A DNA stretch of 64,000 bases from Sphingobacteriales bacterium JAD_PAG50586_3 (lineage in GTDB: Bacteria; Bacteroidota; Bacteroidia; CAMBQF01): the NCBI GenBank assembly GCA_023213195.1, contig CP096135.1:404923-468922 (forward strand). Reading direction: 5' to 3'. The notes under the pieces were generated by a model. That model was not told the DNA's origin. It was given only the letters and a program-made list of their open reading frames with translations, and searched no databases. The translations under genes and the position numbers were made by a program. This document shows positions 53,205 through 63,534 of this stretch, one piece after another. How positions within the stretch are numbered: position 1 is the stretch's first letter; each line of letters starts with the position of its first letter.

Positions 53205-53259
53205 ATTATTGAGCATTACCAAACATTATGCATTATGCACTATGAATTTTGCATTAAGA

Positions 53260-53733
53260 TTATTTCCCTTCTGACTTCTCAATCCTAAAGCCTACATCAG
53301 TAATATTAGGCAAAGGGTCTACGCGCATGGCATGCTCCAACCTGAATTTGTATTTGCCCTTTTGGTTAAAATACACGTTGCGTTTAAGCATTATGCGGTT
53401 GTCTAACAAATCGCCGGCGCCTTTGCCCATCCACTTACCGTTTTTATCGGCCAGCAGGCAGTTAAGGGTGTCTTTAGCCTCTTTACCGTTGGGGAAAGTG
53501 GTGGTTAAAAACAGGAATATGTTAGAGAACTGGTAATCGGCAGTGTTGCGCAGGTTAATGTAGGCATTAACCGCTTGGTTGGTATCGGCTATTTCCACCT
53601 CAAACTCTACCGGTTGGTTAGAGTTCCACTTGCTGCCCTCTATCTTTTTGTTTTCATCAAAAAGGCGGCTATCATCGCACGCGGCAAAAAGCAAAAGGGC
53701 TGTAGCAGCCAATACACCTATTAACCTTTTCAT
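53260..53733 (-). CDS. gldH: Gliding motility lipoprotein GldH
   Basis: Lipobox FAAC, LRNTADYQFSNIFL, DTLNCLLAD..GKWMGKG, EHAMR, DVGFRIE. Confidence 0.92.
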   Translation of the reverse strand: MKRLIGVLAATALLLFAACDDSRLFDENKKIEGSKWNSNQPVEFEVEIADTNQAVNAYINLRNTADYQFSNIFLFLTTTFPNGKEAKDTLNCLLADKNGKWMGKGAGDLLDNRIMLKRNVYFNQKGKYKFRLEHAMRVDPLPNITDVGFRIEKSEGK

Positions 53734-53736
53734 TTA

Positions 53737-55172
53737 TTATTCTTGGGGTGGCGCAGGTGGGTTTTGCGGCGGTTTTGGCCCACGGTTGCGGTTGTTGTTA
53801 TTACGTGGCGGGCGGTTGTTATTGTCGCGCGGCGGACGGTTACTGTTGTCTCTTGGCGGGCGGTTGCTATCATCCCTAGGTGGGCGGTTGCTGTTATCGC
53901 GTGGGGGCGGTTGTTATTATCCCTTGGCCCACGGTTTTGGTTGTTGCCTCCCTGGTTTTTGTTTTCCGGCTTAATTTCAGGCCCTTTATCGCCACCATCG
54001 GTATTTTGTACCGGGTTTGGTCCCGCAACACGGTTTTTGTTGCCGGGCTTGCGCTTATTGTTGTTCGATTTTTTCTTAGTCCTGTCAAAGCGGGTAAGGC
54101 TGTCCTGCCCCACTACGTTTTCATAATCAGGCTCTTTTTTAGCCGGTAGTTTAGTTACTATCGCGGCTAACTCATCGGGCTTAATGCCTTGGGCGTTCAT
54201 AGCCTGTAGCTCTTTTACCCTATCAACAGAAAGTGGGATAAACAAGCCCATGTTGTCTTTATAGGCATACCACATGGTGCGGCGGAAAATGTCCGTTTTC
54301 ATGTGTACTGCCAGTCCCTTTTGGGTTTCAATAGGCTTATCATTCTCGGGAAATTCCTTTATCGCATCAAGGTAGCTATCCAACTCGTAGTTAAGGCAGC
54401 ATTTAAGTTTGCCGCACTGGCCGGCCAGTTTAAGCGGGTTTAGCGCCAATTGCTGGTAACGTGCCGCGCTGGTATTAACGGTACGGAAATCTCGCAACCA
54501 GGTAGAGCAGCAAAGCTCACGCCCACAAGAGCCAATGCCACCCAAACGGGCAGCCTCCTGGCGTTGGCCTATCTGGCGCATTTCTATACGTACGCGGAAT
54601 TCTTCGGCCAGCTTTTTAATAAGCTCGCGGAAGTCTACCCTATCGGGCGCGGTGTAAAAGAAGGTGGCTTTAGAGCCATCGCCCTGAAATTCTACATCGC
54701 TAAGCTTCATATCCAACCCAATGCCCGATGCTATTACGCGGGCTTTGTACATGGTATCAACCTCGCGTGCAATGGTAGCCTGCCATTTATCAATATCGGC
54801 AGTTTTGGCCTTGCGGTAAAGTGATTTTACTTCGGCTGAATCGTAAGGGATATTCAGCTTCTTCATTTGGGTTTTAACCAATTCGCCCGAAAGCGAAACG
54901 GCTCCTATATCGTGGCCCGGGTTACCTTCTACGGCTACTATATCGCCTTGAAAAAGGTCCTGACCTGAGTTATTGCGGTAAAATTCTTTGCGGCTGTTTT
55001 TAAAACGTACTTCAACTATATCAAATTGTTTTTGACCATTTGGCAACTCCATGTTTGCCAGCCAGTCGAATATATTGAGTTTGTTACAACCACCTATACC
55101 GCATGCTCCATTGCTTTTACACCCTGCGGGGGTTCCATTGCCCCTGCCTGTGCTACATCCGCTGCATGCCAT
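53737..55172 (-). CDS. PSP1-domain (RicT/YaaT-like) Fe-S protein with NRPPRD-repeat tail; frameshift near 53905
   Basis: N-terminal Cys cluster, RVDFRELIK, GGIGSCGRELCCSTW, KLAGQCGKLKCCL; corrected stop at 53737. Confidence 0.88.
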
Positions 55173-55270
55173 GTTTTTATCTTATCTAAAACTGTAAAAT
55201 TAATATAAATCAATTTGTAAATATAGGCCCTCTTACGGTTATCTGTCAAATTTTGTTTTAGGGAGATAAA

Positions 55271-55297
55271 AAAGGCTACCTGAAATCAGATAGCCTT
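55271..55297. terminator. Intrinsic terminator closing the fibre island
   Basis: AAGGCTA/TAGCCTT stem. Confidence 0.6.
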
Positions 55298-55313
55298 GCA
55301 ATTACTTTACGTA

Positions 55314-55580
55314 CTAATTAGTCTTTTTTGCGCCCGCAGCCTTGTTTTTTCGCTTTGAAGCAGGGGCTAATGGAGGATTAGTTGCCGGCGTTGCTTTGTC
55401 TGCCTGTTTATTGGCCGCACCCGGCTTGTACGCAGCCATTTGGGGCTTATTAGTCCCCACAACCGGCTGGGCTTTTGTATTGCCTAATTTGCCTGTAGCC
55501 ATTGCGGGTGCGTTGCTTTGTGCATTTGCTGCTATGCAGCCTAACAGCACAATAGTATATGTTAAAACTATCTTCTTCAT
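55314..55580 (-). CDS. Small secreted Lys/Ala/Pro-rich low-complexity protein
   Basis: Signal peptide ...AANA-Q; starts 9 nt after the fibre 3 stop. Confidence 0.7.
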   Translation of the reverse strand: MKKIVLTYTIVLLGCIAANAQSNAPAMATGKLGNTKAQPVVGTNKPQMAAYKPGAANKQADKATPATNPPLAPASKRKNKAAGAKKTN

Positions 55581-55589
55581 ACCTACAGA

Positions 55590-56770
55590 TTATTGTACAA
55601 ATGCGCTTATGGTGCCGTGGTGGCCGGTTTCGGTAGCTGTGTATATACCTATGCCGGGTGTGCCAGATATAGCTGCTACGCGGTACTGCACCGTAACGGT
55701 GTTAGCTACGTTAGCATTTACTGTTACCTTTTTTGTAAATGCCGCGCTCCAGGGGCTTGTACCATCGCCTGTAAAGGAGTCTAATATAGAAACCTTCTCG
55801 CTTGTGCCACCGGCTGAAACACCGTTTACCAACACCCTAAATTCTACAAAAGACATACCATCGGCATACCCAAAACCAGCAGCGGTAAAGTTTAAGAAGG
55901 CTGTAGTTTGTGTGGGTGTAAACGTAATGCTTAGGCCCGGCACGTTGGTATAGGCCGCGGCAACAAGGGTTTGGTCGCCGGTAACAGATGATGATACAAT
56001 ATTTACACCGCCTGTGCCCGGAGCGCCTGTAGCACCTGTTGCACCGGGGGTTCCGTTAGCGCCAGTAGCGCCATTAGCACCCGAAGGGCCTGCAGGGCCC
56101 GTATTGCCATTTAAGCCCGCAGGACCTGTTGGCCCAGCTGAGCCTGTAGAGCCTGTTGCACCCGTAGCACCAGCTACGCCATTGTTACCTGTAGGGCCGG
56201 TAGGGCCTGTTGCTCCACCGCCGGGTCCTGTTGGGCCGGTTGGACCGGTTGCACCACCACCCGGGCCTGTTGGGCCGGGGGCACCATTAGCACCTGCGGG
56301 GCCTGTAGCACCGGGAGCGCCCGCTGGGCCTGCAGGACCTGTTGGGCCGGGGTTTGTAGAGCTGCCTGAGTATAGCGCATACGGTACAGACCATAATTGC
56401 ATAGTACCCATATCTATATACCCCGTACCGGGGTTAGCTTCAATTTTTGCAAAATGGTTAGAGCTGCCCCAGGGGATAGCGCTTAGCGTGTTAAACGGAC
56501 CGGTAACAAATGTACCTGGCCTATAACCATATCAAACAACCCAAATTGGTTAGTGGTTACGGTATGTGTTTCTTGAAACTGCGGTGTGCCGTTTATTGCG
56601 ATTAGAATAGATACACGGATGGTTAGCGTATTGTTAGATAGTATGCTACCCGAGTTGTCGCGGGCAACGGCCTGGTAATTAATACCCGGAGGTGGTGCCA
56701 CTTGGGCAAATGCCACATTGCACAACAATAGGCCAGCAGCAATAACAAGTTGTTTAACTAGTTTTTTCAT
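55590..56770 (-). CDS. Collagen-like fibre protein 3 with BclA/C1q-like tip, frameshift near 56515
   Basis: ATG 56770 signal peptide; NYQAVARD...SVPYALYS N-domain; GPT/GAT collagen; [10 protein letters not shown] tip. Confidence 0.85.
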
Positions 56771-56842
56771 GGTTTTTTTAAATATGATTGCCGTAAATGT
56801 AGGATTAACGGGGCATAGAAACAATATTGGTGTAATAAAAAT

Positions 56843-56877
56843 AAAAAGCCCCCTGACTTTTATGGTCAAGGGGCTTT
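56843..56877. terminator. Intrinsic terminator after fibre 2
   Basis: AAAGCCCC(C)TGAC/GTCAAGGGGCTTT. Confidence 0.7.
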
Positions 56878-56898
56878 AAGATTATAATATGCTAAACC

Positions 56899-59713
56899 TT
56901 ATGGCTTAACTATAAGAATGTTAATTCGTAAGTTTTGTGTTACAGAGTTAGTCTCGTCTAGGAATATCTCAAACGATGTTGTGGTAAGATTCCTGATAAT
57001 AGGCGATTCAAAATCATTATCATCGTCAGCATTGCCTAAGCTGGTAAACGATAGCATTGGAATATACGTTGTAGTGCCTTGGTCGGCAAAGTTAACGGTA
57101 ATGGTAGACCTGCCGCTATTGTTAGTTTTTGTTGCTGATGTAATGCCACCTGCTACGGTAACAGCAGTACCTGCATTAATATCAGAAATAAGAACAGTAC
57201 CTGCAACAGTTTGAATAGCAGGGCCTGTTGGGCCTTGGGCACCTTGTGGACCTGCTACACCCTGAATGCCTTGAGCACCTTGTGGGCCTACTGCACCATC
57301 GTTACCTGTTGGGCCAATTGGACCTTGAGCACCGGCAGGGCCGGCAACACCTTGTGGGCCTTGGGCACCGGCAGGGCCTTGCGGACCAACTGCACCATCG
57401 TTACCGGTTGGGCCTTGCAAACCTTGTATGCCTTGTATACCCTGTATACCTTGTGGGCCTTGAGCGCCTTGTGAGCCTTGAGCACCAGAAAGGTTGCTAA
57501 CTACTATGCGTGAGCCCGGAAATGCGGTTTGGAAATTAATATCTACAGGATTAGAAACATCGTTGTGCCAAACATATATTTCAAAATACTCGCCGTTTTG
57601 TAATACTATATTAAAGTTAACGCTACTTGCGGGCACATCAGTATCTGGGCCGTCAAAACTTAAAATACCATAACGGTCGGTAAAAACGTTACCATTTTTT
57701 GCACCAAAGGCATAGCGGCCTGTTCCGGGAGTAGGCAATGCGCTCCAGGTTATAAATGATGATACATTTAAAACCAACACATCGCCACTGGTATTGATAA
57801 ATTTAGAAGCTCCATCGTATGTTAATCCGCTTACTCCGTTAGAGTTAGCAGCATCCAAATTCTCCCAAAAAACAGGGGTATCAATGCCATCTGCAATACC
57901 TTGTGGGGTAACATTAGCGTAAGCTAAAGTAGCAGCTGTACCAACGGGGGCTGCAGGGCCTGTAGGACCTGTAACACCAACACCTGTTGGGCCTGTTGGG
58001 CCAGTAACACCATCGGCACCATTAGCACCGTTGCTTCCTGTTGGGCCGGTTGGGCCTGTTGCGCCATCGGCACCGTTAGCGCCGTTAGCACCATTATTTC
58101 CTGTAACACCTGTTGGGCCTGTTACACCATTAGCACCATCGTTACCTGTTGGACCTGTAGGGCCGGTTACTGATGGTAAAGGTTGCCATGTAGCAACACC
58201 CTGGTTGTTAGACGATGTTAATACATAACCCGTTTGTGCACCTTGTGGAAGAACTACATTGTTACCAAAGAAAACATTATCGCGGGTAAAGAAACCCCAG
58301 TAGCGTTGTTGCGCATCGCTATAAGCCATAAAAGCCAAAGTAGGGCCACTGTCGCCATTGTTTAAACGGCCAACAACACCTGCACTGTTAGCAAAATCGC
58401 CATAGTTGCCACCGTAAACACCGGCGCTGTAGTTGTTGCCATACCAAGAGTAACCTTTAATAGCAGCATCAACACCACGTACAGCCCAGCTAGAGCCACC
58501 ATCAGTTTCGTTAAAAGAACCCTGGCGGTAAGCAAATATATTTGAGTGACCATCACCAAAATCAGTACCCGGACGCTCAACATAAACGCGTGTTTTGTCA
58601 GCACCACGTACTACTGCAGGTTGATCTGGGTTTACTACGTTTACTTTTACAACGCCTTCTACCATTAAACCATTTACAGGTGCGGCAGAGTTAGCAAAGT
58701 TTTGACCAATAGAAACATTACCACCAACGCTAAGTTTACTTGCAGGGGTAACGTTGCCAATGCCAACATTAGCGCCGTTGTTGTAGATATTGCTGCTGGT
58801 TGTTACCCATGCAGAACCATTCCAATAAGGAGTATCACCAGCTGAGTCGCCATCTTGTAATAAACCTGTTGGGCCTGTTACACCTGTTGCTCCATCAGCA
58901 CCGGCAGGGCCTTGTGGGCCTACTGCACCATCGTTACCAGTTGCACCTTGTGGGCCAGCTGGGCCTTGGGCACCGGCAGGGCCTTGTGGACCTACCGCAC
59001 CGTCGTTACCTGTTACACCTTGTGGACCAGCAGGGCCTTGAGCGCCGGCAGGGCCTTGTGGGCCTACCGCACCGTCGTTACCTGTTGCACCTTGTGGGCC
59101 TTGTGGACCAGGGTCGCCTTGCGCACCGGTAGCACCATTAGCACCGGCAGGGCCTTGCGGACCTACGCTACCTGTTACACCTTGTGTGCCTTGTGGGCCT
59201 TGAATACCTTGTGGACCTGTTGGGCCTACCGCACCATTGGCACCGTTAGCACCGTTTATACCTGTTGGGCCTTGCGGACCTGTTGGGCCTTGGCTACCGC
59301 CACCAGAGTTACCAGCATAAATAGCGTAAGGAACGCTGATTAACTGGCTTGTACCTGCTACTGTGTATGCGTTACCGCCGGTAGGGTCAATCTCTGTTTT
59401 AATGTATTTTGCACCGCTACCCCAGCCAATGTTGGTAAAGGTGCCTGTTACTACAGAACCTGTACCAACTTCAAGGTTAAATAAACCGTAGTTGTTGGTG
59501 GTTTTGGTGTGGGTTTCCTGATACACTACTGTGCCACCGGGAGAAGCATCTAAAATGCTGATACGGATGCCAATTGCCTTAGCCCGTTATCTCTGCTCCA
59601 CCAGCATTGCGTGCAATGGCCTGGTAGTTAAATTTTTGTGGCGCCTGCGCGTTCACAACAAAAGCAAATAGCATAAGCAACACTATTGCTTTTAATGATT
59701 TGGAGATGTTCAT
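56899..59713 (-). CDS. Collagen-like fibre protein 2, frameshift near 59580
   Basis: Manual start [36 protein letters not shown] at 59713; three collagen tracts; NVGIG tail-fibre-like segment; C1q-like middle domain; small beta-rich tip. Confidence 0.85.
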
Positions 59714-59732
59714 ATTCTCGATTAGATAAGTA

Positions 59733-60260
59733 TTACTTAATTACTTCAAAACGTTTTACTACGCTGAAGGATTTGGTGTGATCTACCGCTTCAAATACAA
59801 TGTTTAGCATGTATAAGCCTTGGCTTATGCCATCTAGGTTTATCGTTTCAGTTTGTTGACCTAGCTGGCTGCCTTTTGTAAAGCCCGCTAACTCACGACC
59901 TGCCATATCAAACATACGGAACGACAATTTACCCGCATTGGTAAGGTCGAATGCAATGTTTACCTTATTGGTAGCAGGGTTAGGGAACAAATTAATTTGG
60001 GGTGCGTTGGCCGGTAGGCTGATAATGCCTACGGTTTTAAATTCAGGTTGCTCAAAACCCTGGGTAATAAGCACGTTACCGCCGCTAATGGTTTCTACCA
60101 CAGGCTCGCCTGCAATATTTACCGATAGTGAGCCCCAAGAGCCTGAATAGAATTCGCCGGCATTAGAAATTGCCTGATGATCTATGTTTACCTGTGCTTT
60201 TACGCTTACAACACAAAGTAATAAAGCAAAAAGCAAACTTGTTGTGTATAATTTATTCAT
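59733..60260 (-). CDS. Minimal T9SS substrate (candidate fibre adaptor), copy B
   Basis: Signal peptide + ~55-aa [13 protein letters not shown]...QGFEQP peptide + LFPNP...ISQGLY CTD. Confidence 0.85.
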   Translation of the reverse strand: MNKLYTTSLLFALLLCVVSVKAQVNIDHQAISNAGEFYSGSWGSLSVNIAGEPVVETISGGNVLITQGFEQPEFKTVGIISLPANAPQINLFPNPATNKVNIAFDLTNAGKLSFRMFDMAGRELAGFTKGSQLGQQTETINLDGISQGLYMLNIVFEAVDHTKSFSVVKRFEVIK

Positions 60261-60277
60261 GGACTAAAGATATTGTA

Positions 60278-60285
60278 CAAAAGTA
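60278..60285 (-). promoter_or_regulatory. -7 promoter element of the copy B unit
   Basis: Minus strand TACTTTTG about 18 nt upstream of ATG 60260. Confidence 0.55.
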
Positions 60286-60372
60286 ACTTAACTGCTATTA
60301 ACTAAACTTTAATACTGTAACAGACTTATTAACAGTTTAATATTATAAACTGAAAGCTTTTACTTTAAAATA

Positions 60373-60399
60373 AAGAAGGCCGCACAAGGCGGCCTTCTT
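60373..60399. terminator. Intrinsic terminator between the two adaptor-fibre units
   Basis: AAGAAGGCCGC-ACAAG-GCGGCCTTCTT perfect 11-bp stem. Confidence 0.8.
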
Positions 60400-60417
60400 A
60401 TCTCTTACAATAAAATA

Positions 60418-60702
60418 CTATTTCTCTTCTTTACGAATGATAGTAGCTGTTGGCAACAAGGCCTTAATTTCAGCTTCAAGCTTAGCAATAGTTGCTTTAT
60501 CATCAACTGTTGGAGTAACTATATAAGCTTTATATTCTTTAGATGTACCTGTTACTTTACCATTTTGAATGGAATTTAACCGGGCACCATCAGTAGCCGA
60601 AGTTACTTTTACAAGGATGGTGTTGCCTGCTGTTTGACCAAAAGCGTTTACGCTTACAAACATTGCAAACAGGGCTATAATTTTAACTATGTTCTTTTTC
60701 AT
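60418..60702 (-). CDS. Small secreted protein of unknown function
   Basis: Signal peptide MKKNIVKIIALFAMFVSVNAFG-Q; starts 11 nt after the fibre 1 stop. Confidence 0.7.
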   Translation of the reverse strand: MKKNIVKIIALFAMFVSVNAFGQTAGNTILVKVTSATDGARLNSIQNGKVTGTSKEYKAYIVTPTVDDKATIAKLEAEIKALLPTATIIRKEEK

Positions 60703-60713
60703 ATTATTTTTAA

Positions 60714-62813
60714 TTACCATGAAATAATTACTAAACCATTACCAGTGTTGTAACCACCGGTGTAAGTAATGCCAGATGAACCTGATGGGGTTACATAGCT
60801 GCTACCGCCGCCGCCGCCGGCATAAGCACCTGCGCCGCCACCGTAGTAGCCGCCACCGCCGCCACCGCCGCTGTTGCCAAAGTTAGATTGTAAGCCGTTA
60901 GCATTACCACCTTGGCCAAATGAACCAGATTCGCTTTCAAAGCCAGGGTATGTAGAACCAGAACCTGGGCCAGACTGTGTAGCACCACCACCATTAAATT
61001 CAATAATGCCAGTACATTCAACACCATCAAGACCTGCAGGGTAGCCACCGTTACCGCCATCGCTACCGGTACCGTCAAAGCAGTTAAAGCCTGCACCGCC
61101 ACCACCACCGGCAACAACAAGACGGTCGTTTAGTGTGTTTCCGGCAGTTCTGATATCAGAAGCGCCGCCGCCGCCGCCGCCTTGAAGGAAATTGGAACCA
61201 TTATTAAAGGTTTCAGCATCGCCACCACCATTGTAGCCCGGAGTTAATGGTGCACCTTTGCCACCAACGTAAACGTTTAATATTTGGCCCGGTGTTACAG
61301 TTAAAGTAGCTTGAGTACGGCCACCAGCACCCGGGATGTTTGTATTAGGGTCTCCACCTGCATTGCCACCACCTGCAGCAATAACATCAACAACAATAGA
61401 TGTTATACCCGCCGGTACAGTAAATGTTTGAGGGGCACCGGTAAAGTTAAATGTTTGTGAACCCGGAGGGGTTGTAGTAACAATTAGGGTACCGCAGGTT
61501 GAATACCAATCGCCACCAAAATAGTAGTTAGGGCAACCTGTAGTTATGTTGAAAATATATAATCCATCAGCAGGAGATGCTATAGCATCGCGTTGAGCAT
61601 CTGTTAAACGTGGCATTAAGAAACCGCGGGTAGTAGATGTAACATCTAAAGCAGCAGAAGCAGCAGGAACAGCAGCACCTACTGAAAGTTGGTTATTGGT
61701 TTTGTCGTAAGTAAACTCACCATCAGCACCGGCAGCGCCGTTATCGTTAAAAATAACCTGCTTATCAGTACCCGCTACAGGGCCTGTAGCACCGGTTGCA
61801 CCCGGAGCACCTGGAGCACCTGGAGTTCCCGGAGCACCCGCAGGGCCAACAGGACCTTCTGCACCGGCAGGACCAACAGGACCTTGAGCACCGGCAGGAC
61901 CGGCAGGACCTTGAGCACCGGCAGGGCCAACTGGACCTTCTGCACCGGCAGGGCCAACAGGGCCTTGAGCACCGGCAGGACCGGCAGGACCTTGAGCACC
62001 GGCAGGGCCAATAGGACCTTCTGCACCGGCAGGGCCAACAGGGCCTTGAGCACCGGCAGGACCAGCAGGACCTTCTGCACCGGCAGGACCTTGAGCACCG
62101 GCAGGGCCTTGTGCACCATCAGCGCCATTAGCACCGGCAGGGCCGGCAGGGCCTTGAAGACCTTGAGGGCCTTGAGCGCCATCAGCGCCATTGGCACCGG
62201 CAGGACCTTGAGCACCATCGGCACCGGCAGGACCGGCAGGGCCTTGAGCACCATCGGCACCGGCAGGGCCTTGCGGGCCTACGCTACCTGTTACACCTTG
62301 TGGGCCTTGAATACCTTGAGGACCTGTTGGACCTACTGCGCCGTTAGCACCGTTAGCACCGTTTAAACCTGTTGGGCCTTGCGGACCTGTTGGGCCTTGG
62401 CTACCAGAGTTACCAGCGTAAAGAGCATAAGGCACGCTTATTAACTGGCTAGTGCCAGCTACAGAGTATGTGCTACCGCCTGTTGGGTCAATTTCTGTTT
62501 TAATGTATTTACCACCTGTGCCCCAGTCTATAGAAGAAAAAGTGCCTGAAACAACAGAACCTGCGCCAACTTCAAGGTTAAATAACCCGTAGTTGTTGGT
62601 AGTTTTGGTGTGGGTTTCATAGTACACTACTGTGCCACCCGGAGAGCCATCTAAAATGCTGATACGGATACCAATTGCCTGGCCCGTAAGCTCTGCTCCA
62701 CCAGCATTGCGTGCAATGGCCTGGTAGTTAAATTTTTGTGGCGCCTGCGCGTTCACAACAAAAGCAAGCAGCATAAATAATGCCAGTGCTTTTAAGGTTT
62801 TTGTGATGTTCAT
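60714..62813 (-). CDS. Collagen-like fibre protein 1 with Gly-rich tip
   Basis: Signal peptide; shared N-domain; GPA/GAQ collagen with 81-bp unit x3 (61841-62083); TTRGFLMPR segment; TFTVPAG...AAGGG...GNGLVIISW Gly-rich domain. Confidence 0.88.
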   Translation of the reverse strand: MNITKTLKALALFMLLAFVVNAQAPQKFNYQAIARNAGGAELTGQAIGIRISILDGSPGGTVVYYETHTKTTNNYGLFNLEVGAGSVVSGTFSSIDWGTGGKYIKTEIDPTGGSTYSVAGTSQLISVPYALYAGNSGSQGPTGPQGPTGLNGANGANGAVGPTGPQGIQGPQGVTGSVGPQGPAGADGAQGPAGPAGADGAQGPAGANGADGAQGPQGLQGPAGPAGANGADGAQGPAGAQGPAGAEGPAGPAGAQGPVGPAGAEGPIGPAGAQGPAGPAGAQGPVGPAGAEGPVGPAGAQGPAGPAGAQGPVGPAGAEGPVGPAGAPGTPGAPGAPGATGATGPVAGTDKQVIFNDNGAAGADGEFTYDKTNNQLSVGAAVPAASAALDVTSTTRGFLMPRLTDAQRDAIASPADGLYIFNITTGCPNYYFGGDWYSTCGTLIVTTTPPGSQTFNFTGAPQTFTVPAGITSIVVDVIAAGGGNAGGDPNTNIPGAGGRTQATLTVTPGQILNVYVGGKGAPLTPGYNGGGDAETFNNGSNFLQGGGGGGASDIRTAGNTLNDRLVVAGGGGGAGFNCFDGTGSDGGNGGYPAGLDGVECTGIIEFNGGGATQSGPGSGSTYPGFESESGSFGQGGNANGLQSNFGNSGGGGGGGYYGGGAGAYAGGGGGSSYVTPSGSSGITYTGGYNTGNGLVIISW

Positions 62814-62836
62814 TTGTTGATAGTAGTGATTGGTGA

Positions 62837-63355
62837 TTACTTAATTACTTCAAAACGTTTTACCACACTGAAAGATTTGGTAGGATCTGCCGCTTCAAAT
62901 ACAATGTTTAGCATGTATAAGCCCTGGCTTATGCCATCTAGGTTTATCGTTTCAGTTTGTTGGCCCAGCTGGCTGCCTTTTGTAAAGCCTGCTAACTCGC
63001 GACCTGCCATATCAAACATACGGAACGACAATTTACCCGCATTGGTAAGGTCGAATGCAATGTTTACCTTATTGGTAGCAGGGTTAGGGAACAAATTAAT
63101 TTGGGGTGCGTTAGCCGGTAGGCTAATAATGCCTACGGTTTTAAATTCAGGTTGCTCAAAACCCTGGGTAATAAGCACGTTACCGCCGCTAATGGTTTCT
63201 AATACAGGCTCGCCTGCAATATTTACCGATAGTGAGCCCCAAGAGCCTGAATAGAATTCGCCGGCATTAGAAATTGCCTGATGATCTATGTTTACCTGTG
63301 CATCGGCAACAAGAAAACCTGCAACAGACAGGAGTAATAGGAATATTTTTTTCAT
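62837..63355 (-). CDS. Minimal T9SS substrate (candidate fibre adaptor), copy A
   Basis: Mature region nearly identical to copy B, different signal peptide (ATG 63355). Confidence 0.85.
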   Translation of the reverse strand: MKKIFLLLLSVAGFLVADAQVNIDHQAISNAGEFYSGSWGSLSVNIAGEPVLETISGGNVLITQGFEQPEFKTVGIISLPANAPQINLFPNPATNKVNIAFDLTNAGKLSFRMFDMAGRELAGFTKGSQLGQQTETINLDGISQGLYMLNIVFEAADPTKSFSVVKRFEVIK

Positions 63356-63534
63356 ACTTAGTAGATTAAGATGCAAGTTTAATCATGTTTTTTAAACAAA
63401 TAACACGTCAAGCAAAAAAATCTAACAAATAAATCATACAAAATCAGCAATTTAGCTTTCGGCCGGGAATTAATCAAGCTGTAGGCATTAAAAATTGACG
63501 TGTAAGAAATGGCAGAAAAAAGAAAAATAAGCTG

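Noticed and set aside
159-59713. Mass pseudogenisation, programmed frameshifting or phase variation
   Set aside because: Breaks hit housekeeping genes (purD, pdxA, polyprenyl synthase), are one- or two-base events in homopolymers or at CCWGG, and I saw no accompanying in-frame stops or decay; sequencing error is simpler.
59140-63301. Assembly artefact as the cause of the duplication
   Set aside because: The copies differ by many silent substitutions and have unrelated signal peptides, spacers and tips.
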